Below, piece by piece: positions 25,468 to 32,455 of a DNA stretch of 32,455 nt (position 1 is its first letter; every line of letters begins with the position of its first letter). Location: contig DATCYX010000360.1 of the NCBI GenBank assembly GCA_036526235.1, positions 1 through 32,455 of the forward strand, given 5' to 3'. This DNA is from Anaerolineales bacterium. GTDB lineage: Bacteria > Chloroflexota > Anaerolineae > Anaerolineales > UBA4823. Under the pieces are notes generated by a model, which made no database searches, was not told the origin of the DNA, and saw only the letters and a list, made by a program, of their open reading frames with translations. The position numbers were made by a program, and so were the translations under genes.

Positions 25468-26871
25468 TTGGAGAGATTTCAAATGTTGTCTTTGCAGTCG
25501 GCGTTATGTGAGAAAGACATTCATCGGATCCACGAACACAGCCTGGATGTGTTGATGGAGGTGGGGATTGCATACAATACGCCCCGTGCACTGAATATCT
25601 TGGAGGAAAGGGGCTGTCAGGTGGATTACAGCCGCAATTGGGCGTGCATTCCTCCTGACCTGGTCGAATGGGCGATTTCCCAAGCACCTCGCAAAGTGAC
25701 ACTCGCGGCGCGTGACCCATCCAGGGATGTGCTGCTGGACGGTTTGAAATCTCACCACACTACCGATAGTCAAGGCACTCAAGCGATTGACCTGCAAACC
25801 GGAATACTTCATGATTCCAATGCAGAAGATCTGCGCAACGCAGCGCTTTTTGCCGACGCTCTGAACATGATCGAGATTGTAAATGTCTCTGTTTCAGCCA
25901 GCGATATTCCGGCCCACTTGCGTACGCTTTTTCATTTTTCTCAAGTATTTACACAAACCAGCAAACACGTGCGCACTGGCGTGTTGAACGCCGAACAAGT
26001 GCCTTTCCTGGTGGAAATGGCGAAGATTGTAACCGGCAGCGATGCCTTCCGCCCGATATTCTCAGTGATTGATTGCACCATCTCGCCCTTGATGCACGAT
26101 GGACTGATGACCGAGGCATGCATCGATTTAGCCAAACTGCAAGTTCCCATTTTGGTTTACCCTATGCCGCTGGCAGGGGGTACTTCCCCAGTGACCTTGG
26201 GGGGTACGATGCTGATGCACAACGTGGAGTTCCTCAGCGGGTTGGTGCTGTACCAATGTGTAAACCCTGGCACACCGGTGATCTATGGTACAGGCTCGTC
26301 GCAATTGGATATGCACACAGGCAGGTATGGTGGCAGTGCGGATGGGTTCGGAATGGGACTTTCGCTGATAAATCTTGCCACGTTCTATGATCTGCCAGTA
26401 AATCTGTGGGGGCTTTCTACTAAGTCAAAAGAACTTGGTACTCAATATGGCTACGAGGCAACCGCAGGCACCATGCTGTCATATTTAGCAGGTGCAGATG
26501 AAATCTACAGTATGGGACTTTTAGGGTCGGCTCAGATCTTATCGTTGGAAAAGATGGTTTTGGATAATCATTTAGCTCGCCAGATTGAGATTATGCTGGC
26601 ACCTATCAAGGTAGATGAAGAACATCTGCAGGTCGATTTGATAAAGCGTGTTGGAATCGGCGGTGGCTTCTTAAACCAGCGGGAAACCCTCAGATATACC
26701 CGAGAGGAGTATGTCCCTCTTTGGCCACCACATGGCAAGGATTTGAAAGAGATGATCCATCGCGAAGCATTGGATATCCTGCACAACCATCGATCTCCGG
26801 CACTACCGCATGGCGCGCGCGAGAAGATCGAAGATATTTTGAGACATGCTGACAAAGAGTTGGGCGGGTGA
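25468..26871 (+). CDS. MttB-superfamily corrinoid methyltransferase, no pyrrolysine codon, subgroup B (true start probably ATG 25483)
   Basis: 467 aa from the track TTG. The ATG five codons in (25483) has GGAGAG 7 nt upstream, and the TTG lies inside that SD. Family pattern: IHEHSLDVLMEVGIAYNTPRALNILEERGCQVD...ACIPPDLVEWAISQAPRK, LDMHTG, STKSKELGTQYGYEAT, GGGFLNQRETLRYT. Confidence 0.85.
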   Translation: MERFQMLSLQSALCEKDIHRIHEHSLDVLMEVGIAYNTPRALNILEERGCQVDYSRNWACIPPDLVEWAISQAPRKVTLAARDPSRDVLLDGLKSHHTTDSQGTQAIDLQTGILHDSNAEDLRNAALFADALNMIEIVNVSVSASDIPAHLRTLFHFSQVFTQTSKHVRTGVLNAEQVPFLVEMAKIVTGSDAFRPIFSVIDCTISPLMHDGLMTEACIDLAKLQVPILVYPMPLAGGTSPVTLGGTMLMHNVEFLSGLVLYQCVNPGTPVIYGTGSSQLDMHTGRYGGSADGFGMGLSLINLATFYDLPVNLWGLSTKSKELGTQYGYEATAGTMLSYLAGADEIYSMGLLGSAQILSLEKMVLDNHLARQIEIMLAPIKVDEEHLQVDLIKRVGIGGGFLNQRETLRYTREEYVPLWPPHGKDLKEMIHREALDILHNHRSPALPHGAREKIEDILRHADKELGG

Positions 26872-26945
26872 TGTTATCGAGGTTTAATGGGCAAGGGTTT
26901 GACAAACCTAGCGTCAACACCCCCACCTGAGACGAGAGGAATGTA

Positions 26946-28409
26946 ATGTCCGTTTTTAGTGAAACTCCGCCTCTTGACCCTATCGTAGCGAAGCATCACT
27001 TGCGTGTCTTAGACGATGGGCAGCTCAGCGATCTAAAGAAGGCTACATTGACGATTTTAGATCAGGTGGGCTTTCACTGTCCATCTGAGAAAGCGTTAGT
27101 GATCTACGCGGACCACGGGGGTCAGGTGGATTTTGAGAGACAGCTCGTGCGCTTATCGCCGGATGTGGTTGAGAAAGCCATGTCCCATGCGCCTCGCTTC
27201 TACAAGATGGCTTCTCGTTCTGCAGCGCATGATATTGACCTTGATGGCACTGCCACCTACTGTGCCACCGATGGGTGTGGGGTTGAGACGATCGATTTTG
27301 TGACGCGCGAACGAAGGAACTCGAAAAAGGACGATGTGGCCAATATGGCCAGGGTGGCGGATTACCTGTCTTCAATCGGGTTCTACTGGCCGATTGTCTC
27401 TGCGCAGGATTACCCTGAGATAGCACCTTTGCATGAGCTACATGCTTCATTCGAAAACACCGTTAAGCACGTACAAACTGAAACTGTGATGGATGAGTCT
27501 ATGGCGCGCTATGCGGTCGAAATGGCAACTGTGGTGGTAGGTGACAAGGAAATCTTGCGTAAACGACCGGTCCTCTCGTCTTTGATATGCACGATCTCCC
27601 CCTTGGCTCAAGATAAGGGGGGCTTGGAATCAGCGCTGGTGTTTGCAGAAGCCGGCCTGCCGGTGGGTTTTATGTCTATGGCGAATGTGGGCTCAACCGG
27701 TCCAGCCACAATTGCTGGGACGATTGTTGAGGCTGATGCGGAGATCATTGCCGCCTTGGTGTTGATACAGATGGCTTTTCCTGGTGCGCCTGTCTATCAC
27801 TCGATGATGCCTGGGGTTATGCATCCACGTACTGGGGCATATATGGCTACTACCTGGGAGGGGAGCGCGATTTACGCGTATGGTACTGAGATCGCCCATC
27901 ACTGGGGAGTGCCAACCCTGGCCGGTGTTTTTGGCACGGATGGTCAGGTGCCTGGCTGGCAATCTGCAGCTGAAGCAGCTTCATCCTTAATGATGTGCGC
28001 GTTATGCAAGGCGGATACCGGGGCTGGATTGGGTTTGCTGGAAGCATGCACCCTGCTTTATCCAGAAGCGATTGTCTTAGACTCGGATATTTATCACCGG
28101 GTGAGGATTGAGGCAGGTGGCTTAGATACCAGTGTGGAGATGCTGGCATTAGAGGTCATCAAGCAGGTTGGCCCCCGCGGGCATTATCTCAGCCATAAAC
28201 ACACTCGTGCCCATATGCGCAGACGAAGATTTTCAGACCTGGTTGCCCAACCAACCCCGGATGGTGGTATGCGAGAACCTGTTGAGGTCGCTCGTGAGAG
28301 GGTGGAGTATATACTCAACAATCACTTCCCCCTGCCTTTGGAGCCAGCCCAACAATTTGAGCTAAAACATATCCTGCAGGTTGCGCAGAAGGAATTTACC
28401 CAAGTATGA
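26946..28409 (+). CDS. MttB-superfamily corrinoid methyltransferase, no pyrrolysine codon, subgroup A
   Basis: 487 aa. GAGGA lies upstream. Motifs are FYWPIVSAQDYPEIAPLHELHASFENTVKHVQTET, LICTISPLAQD and VGPRGHYLSHKHTR. Confidence 0.85.
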   Translation: MSVFSETPPLDPIVAKHHLRVLDDGQLSDLKKATLTILDQVGFHCPSEKALVIYADHGGQVDFERQLVRLSPDVVEKAMSHAPRFYKMASRSAAHDIDLDGTATYCATDGCGVETIDFVTRERRNSKKDDVANMARVADYLSSIGFYWPIVSAQDYPEIAPLHELHASFENTVKHVQTETVMDESMARYAVEMATVVVGDKEILRKRPVLSSLICTISPLAQDKGGLESALVFAEAGLPVGFMSMANVGSTGPATIAGTIVEADAEIIAALVLIQMAFPGAPVYHSMMPGVMHPRTGAYMATTWEGSAIYAYGTEIAHHWGVPTLAGVFGTDGQVPGWQSAAEAASSLMMCALCKADTGAGLGLLEACTLLYPEAIVLDSDIYHRVRIEAGGLDTSVEMLALEVIKQVGPRGHYLSHKHTRAHMRRRRFSDLVAQPTPDGGMREPVEVARERVEYILNNHFPLPLEPAQQFELKHILQVAQKEFTQV

Positions 28410-29839
28410 AGACCACGATAGAAGTTCTAGATAGTTTTGAGAAAAACCGGGTGCATGAGAGCACCTTGGACATACTCGCAAACACGGGCGTGATGGTGAA
28501 CTCTGCCTTGGGACGAAAATATTTAGCAGAGGCTGGTGCAGAAGTTGATAAAAACACCAAAATAGTACGGTTCCCACGGCAATTGGTCGAGGAGTGTATA
28601 AAGTTGGCTCCGAAACATTTTAAGCTGGGAGCCCGAAGACCAGGTTGGGATCTTGAGATGAATGGGGATGATTGTATGCTGGTGGCTGATGGTGAGGCTA
28701 CCTACGCAGTCGATTGGCCATCTACGGAGCGTCGTATAGCTACCATGGAGGACTGGTTGATCGCAACCCGCTTGTTAGATAGTATTGATGATATTGGTGT
28801 GTATTGGGCAATGGTGGAGAGTGGCTTGAAAGATGGCAGCCAATTTAAATTGGTGAAATACTGGAGGCATCTACTAAGTAATTTTTCAAAACACCTCCAA
28901 GATGTCATCAATAGCAAGGAACAAGCTCCTTGGATCTTGGAAATACTGCAGATTGTCTTCGGAGATAAGCAGGTAATCCGTGAGCAACATCCACTTTCAT
29001 TATTGCTATGCCCGCAATCGCCCTTAATGATTGATAAGCAATATACCGATGCGTATCTGTCGATGACAGGCTGGGATATTCCAGTTGCTATCATGCCAAT
29101 GCCCTTGATGGGTGGAACGGGACCCGCGAATATGATCTCAATGGTCATCCAGGGGAATTGCGAAGTTCTTTCCATGCTTTGCCTGGTCCAGGCAGCGACA
29201 CCGCGTACGCCGGTTATCTATGCACCGGTACTCGCCGCGATGGATCCCCATACGGGTTTATATAGTGGAGGGGCGATTGAGAATGGCATTTTGGGCGTGG
29301 CTGCAATTGAGATGGGTCGTTATTATGGTCTGCCGGTCGAAGGGGTAGGGGGAGGGACGTCCCAGTTCATACCTGGGATTCAGGCGGGCTATGAACGAGT
29401 CTTGACCGGATTTATGCCCACCTTGAAGTTGCCAGACTTGATCGTAGGTCCGGGATTGGTCGGCAATTCCATGGTGTTGAGCCTGGAGCAGCTGGTCATA
29501 GATGTTGAGATTTTCCGGATGAGTATGCACGCTTATCGGGGTATTGACACCCGTGAAGGAAATTGGCTCAATGATGTCATTCAGCAGGTGGGGCCTGGTG
29601 GGCACTATTTGAGCGAACGTTCAACCGTCCAAGCATTTCGGAATGGTGAGATGTACCTGCCAAATCTTGGCTATCGTGGTCCATACCTGGCGTGGAAAGA
29701 GGCCGGTGGAACTACACTGTTACAAGAAGCGCATGAAAAAGTTGAATACTTGCTTGCCAATTATGATCCATTACCCCTGTCGGAGGAGGTGGAGCGCGAA
29801 TTAGAGCTGCTACAAAAGAGGGTAGAGTTCACCATTTAA
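28406..29839 (+). CDS. MttB-superfamily corrinoid methyltransferase, no pyrrolysine codon, subgroup B (most divergent copy)
   Basis: 477 aa. Its ATG overlaps the upstream stop (ATGA). Family pattern: VHESTLDILANTGVMVNSALGRKYLAEAGAEVDKNTKIVRFPRQLVEECIKLAPKHFKLGARRP, MDPHTG, VGPGGHYLSERST. Confidence 0.8.
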   Translation: MKTTIEVLDSFEKNRVHESTLDILANTGVMVNSALGRKYLAEAGAEVDKNTKIVRFPRQLVEECIKLAPKHFKLGARRPGWDLEMNGDDCMLVADGEATYAVDWPSTERRIATMEDWLIATRLLDSIDDIGVYWAMVESGLKDGSQFKLVKYWRHLLSNFSKHLQDVINSKEQAPWILEILQIVFGDKQVIREQHPLSLLLCPQSPLMIDKQYTDAYLSMTGWDIPVAIMPMPLMGGTGPANMISMVIQGNCEVLSMLCLVQAATPRTPVIYAPVLAAMDPHTGLYSGGAIENGILGVAAIEMGRYYGLPVEGVGGGTSQFIPGIQAGYERVLTGFMPTLKLPDLIVGPGLVGNSMVLSLEQLVIDVEIFRMSMHAYRGIDTREGNWLNDVIQQVGPGGHYLSERSTVQAFRNGEMYLPNLGYRGPYLAWKEAGGTTLLQEAHEKVEYLLANYDPLPLSEEVERELELLQKRVEFTI

Positions 29840-29937
29840 AGTTATGTTGAGGAAATGGATTGGCAGCTGATTATGACGAAGATTACTTCTCGCTAGCGAT
29901 TTCTGGTGGGAAGAGCACATACAAACTATTATTTTAG

Positions 29938-31263
29938 GTGGAGGATATCACCATGGGTCTACAGGGAAAAAATACAAAGGCTTCGTATGAGAAAGCAAAG
30001 AAACTTATTCCGCACGGCGTAAACTCGAATTTCCGGTTCTGGGGAGACGACGATACACTAATTGTCTCGCACGGGGAGGGTGCATATGTTTGGGATTTAG
30101 ATGGCAAAAGGTACATTGATTACCGATTGGGCTTTGGACCCATAATTTTGGGGCATGGGTACCCGGCTGTAGTCGAGCGGGTGGGAGAGGCCATCAAAGG
30201 AGGCGTGACATTTGCCTGGACAACCTCCCTGGAAATACAAGTGTGCGAGCGCCTCACGAGGATGTGCCATGTGGACAAGGTTCGCCTGACAAATACGGGT
30301 TCCGAGGCTACTATGCACGCTTTGAGAATTGCTCGAGCGTACACAGGACGGGAAAAATTCATAAAATTTGAGGGCCACTATCATGGTCAATGTGACTATT
30401 TTATGTTTAGCACAGCTTCTTCCTCTCCAGCAGCCCTGGGTTCGCGCCGGGCGCCCATCCGCGCGCCGGTTACCTCAGGTATCCCAACGGGGATTAACCA
30501 GTATGTGATCGTTCTGCCGTTCAATGATCTGGAAAGGTTGGAGGAGACCATTGAGGCCCAGTGGGGTGACCTGGCGGCTGTCTTTGTCGAGCCATTGATG
30601 GGCAATTGTGCTGGTATTGTTGGGAAGCCCGAGTTCATCAAGAAGCTCCGCGAGCTTTGTGACAAATTCGGTATCATGCTTGTTTTTGACGAGGTAAAAA
30701 CTGGTTTCAGGATTGCAAAGGGGGGCGCCCAAGAGTTTTATGACGTCCGGGCGGACCTGGTCACATATGCCAAGGCCATGGGAAATGGCTTCCCAATTGC
30801 GGCAATAGCTGGCAAGGAAAATGTCATGATGGTGATCGAACCTGGGGCGATGGCACATGGCGGCACTTATTCTGGCAACGTAGTTGGCACCGCAGCAGCA
30901 GATGCCACACTCGAGATCTTGGAGAATGAACCTGTGTTCGAAACCATCCAGCAACGTGGCAAAGCATTGATGAAAGGCATTGACGATATCCTTGCTGAAG
31001 CAGGGCTTCCCCATGTCGTCACTGGGGTGCCCTCTATGTTCGGGATATCTCTAGGGAGCGCAAAGGCGCCGCAAGAGTACAGAGACTACCATAAAGGGGA
31101 TACTGAGCTTTATGAGAAAATTAGCCTGGAGTTGAACCGGCGCGGGGTACAACCCGATTCTGATGGGCGAGAGCCCTGGTTCCTGTGTTACGCGCTGTCC
31201 AATGAAGATGTTGGTGAGACCTTGAATATATTCAACGACTCAGTAAAAGCTGCCATGCGGTGA
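29938..31263 (+). CDS. Class-III PLP-dependent aminotransferase, glutamate-1-semialdehyde-aminomutase-like (second copy; true start probably the ATG five codons in, ~29953)
   Basis: 441 aa from the track GTG. The in-frame ATG (MGLQGKN...) has GGAGGA ~7 nt upstream. Motifs are GEGAYVWDLDGKRYIDY, NTGSEATMHALRIARAYTGREKFIKFEGHYHG, VFDEVKTGFR and the PLP-lysine context TYAKAMGNGFPI. Confidence 0.85.
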   Translation: MEDITMGLQGKNTKASYEKAKKLIPHGVNSNFRFWGDDDTLIVSHGEGAYVWDLDGKRYIDYRLGFGPIILGHGYPAVVERVGEAIKGGVTFAWTTSLEIQVCERLTRMCHVDKVRLTNTGSEATMHALRIARAYTGREKFIKFEGHYHGQCDYFMFSTASSSPAALGSRRAPIRAPVTSGIPTGINQYVIVLPFNDLERLEETIEAQWGDLAAVFVEPLMGNCAGIVGKPEFIKKLRELCDKFGIMLVFDEVKTGFRIAKGGAQEFYDVRADLVTYAKAMGNGFPIAAIAGKENVMMVIEPGAMAHGGTYSGNVVGTAAADATLEILENEPVFETIQQRGKALMKGIDDILAEAGLPHVVTGVPSMFGISLGSAKAPQEYRDYHKGDTELYEKISLELNRRGVQPDSDGREPWFLCYALSNEDVGETLNIFNDSVKAAMR

Positions 31264-31341
31264 TTTCTCCGGGAATTCCCCGGATGGCAGGGTGATTAGA
31301 ACGACGAGTATTGAGCAATATTTTGAATAAAGGAGCATCCC

Positions 31342-32455
31342 ATGCGTATCATTGTTCTGGGTGGTGCCGGAAAAATGGGTTGTATCGCCGTCCAGCATCT
31401 GGCGATTGACCCGCGCGTTGATGAAGTCGTCATTGCGGACATCAGCCAAGAGAATGCCCGGTTGGTGGCAGACACTATCAATAGTCCGAAAATAGATATC
31501 CAGATCGTGGATATCAATGACCAAGAAAAGTTTGGTAAATTGCTAAAAGGCGCGGATGCCTGCCTCAATTCGACCGTTTACTACACCAATCTCAAAGTGA
31601 TGGAAGCCTGTCTTGCAGCTGGGACGCACTACACTGACCTGGGAGGGCTGTTTTTTACCACCAGAAAGCAGCTTGAGCTTCATGACCAATTCAAAGCCGC
31701 CGGGATAAGCGCTGTGTTGGGGTTGGGATCGGCGCCGGGTGTGCCGAATATTCAAGCGCGCTATGCCGCTGACCGTTTAGACACCATTGAAAGTGTCAAG
31801 ATCTTTGATGGTATCAAGCCGCCCCCTCCTGATGACATGCGGTTTCCCTATGCTGTGCCGACCATTATTGAGGAGCTTACGGTCAAACCGATGGTCTTTG
31901 AGGATGGAGAATTCAGGGCAAAAGATCCATTGAGCGGGTTTGAAGATTACTGGTTTGTGCAACCGCTTGGCTTGTTGCCAATGCATCTGTCTCTCCATTC
32001 GGAAGTGGCAACTTTGCCCATATCATTTCGCGATAAGGGCATCAAAGAGTGCTTCTTTAAGATTAATTATTGGGGAATGTCAAAGGAGACAGTCGAGAAA
32101 TTGCGGGTGCTGGCCGATTTTGGATATGCCGCAACCGAAGCCGTAGATGTGAAAGGCACTAGCGTGGTGCCTCTGGATTTGATGATTGCGATCATGTCGG
32201 GGTATGTGCCAGATATCACTGAGTTTTTGGCTCCGCCAAAGACCCAGCCGCCAAACTGGGCGAAGGAGATCGTCACGGAGATCAAAGGCACCAAAGATGG
32301 CAGGGAGATGACCTATCGCCTAGGGACACTCACTTGCAAAGGTGCGCTACCAACTGGGGTTGCCCCCGCCATTGCAGCGATCTGGTTAGCCGAAGGGCGC
32401 ATTGAACCCGGTGTATATCCGCCGGAAATTGCCCTTGACCCCGAAGCTTTCTTAA
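31342..32455 (+). CDS. Saccharopine-dehydrogenase-family NAD(P)-dependent oxidoreductase, 5' part (runs off the right edge; not in the ORF track)
   Basis: The ATG at 31342 has AAGGAG 6-7 nt upstream. I translated 371 codons by hand to the window end without meeting a stop. MRIIVLGGAGKMGCIAVQHL is a GxGxxG Rossmann start. GTHYTDLGG, LGLGSAPGVPN and HSEVATLP fit the Sacchrp_dh_NADP/Sacchrp_dh_C pattern as I remember it. Confidence 0.7.
   Translation, partial: MRIIVLGGAGKMGCIAVQHLAIDPRVDEVVIADISQENARLVADTINSPKIDIQIVDINDQEKFGKLLKGADACLNSTVYYTNLKVMEACLAAGTHYTDLGGLFFTTRKQLELHDQFKAAGISAVLGLGSAPGVPNIQARYAADRLDTIESVKIFDGIKPPPPDDMRFPYAVPTIIEELTVKPMVFEDGEFRAKDPLSGFEDYWFVQPLGLLPMHLSLHSEVATLPISFRDKGIKECFFKINYWGMSKETVEKLRVLADFGYAATEAVDVKGTSVVPLDLMIAIMSGYVPDITEFLAPPKTQPPNWAKEIVTEIKGTKDGREMTYRLGTLTCKGALPTGVAPAIAAIWLAEGRIEPGVYPPEIALDPEAFL

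Noticed and set aside
10665-29839. Possibility of in-frame amber (pyrrolysine) codons in the MttB genes
   Set aside because: All six MttB ORFs are full length (467-487 aa) with intact N- and C-terminal family motifs and no internal stop. No pylS/pylBCD-like gene is visible. They are non-Pyl members.
29937-30061. A 1-nt disagreement between my hand count of the printed sequence and the ORF-track frame, which could have meant a frameshift in the second aminotransferase
   Set aside because: The track protein is continuous and carries all family motifs. The discrepancy is most likely my own counting or reading error, so I treat it as an artefact.

Overview
This is bacterial chromosomal DNA with tightly packed genes, most preceded by a Shine-Dalgarno (SD) ribosome-binding site. 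I saw no rRNA, tRNA, CRISPR array or intact transposase. The window has four blocks. (1) 1-2586 holds an edge fragment of a membrane protein and a NarL-type two-component pair, all on the minus strand. (2) 2587-4790 is visibly more AT-rich and gene-poor. It holds two small genes (a 4-TM protein and a cysteine-less DUF1858 protein), two decayed gene remnants (an LRR tail, and a CAT-family acetyltransferase with a stop codon and an internal deletion), and two copies of a 30-nt hairpin-forming repeat. (3) 4795-9083 holds a 1152-aa protein with a kinase-like domain, an NB-ARC STAND NTPase and TPR repeats. A 274-aa protein with a degenerate Nudix signature starts 5 nt after it. This pair is my best candidate for an undescribed NLR-type conflict or signalling module. 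(4) 9265-32455 is a ~23-kb corrinoid-dependent methylated-amine (betaine-type) catabolic island, arranged as two divergent arms around an Lrp/AsnC regulator promoter region. It contains six full-length non-pyrrolysine MttB-family methyltransferases (two sequence subgroups, alternating along the locus) but only one corrinoid protein. It also contains a stand-alone MetH-activation-domain protein, a DMGDH-like flavoenzyme, two GSA-aminomutase-like class-III aminotransferases and a family-5 ABC importer without ATPase genes. An edge-truncated saccharopine-dehydrogenase-family gene closes the window and is missing from the ORF track. All functional calls rest on motif recognition by eye, with no searches run. 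Motif coordinates were hand counted and may be off by 1-2 nt. I found one unexplained 1-nt inconsistency between my count and the ORF track near 29937-30061 and kept the track coordinates. Taxonomy cannot be determined from the window; the STAND/TPR protein, the Pro/Thr/Glu-rich lipoprotein tether and the apparent leaderless start fit Chloroflexota or Actinomycetota, but this is only a guess.
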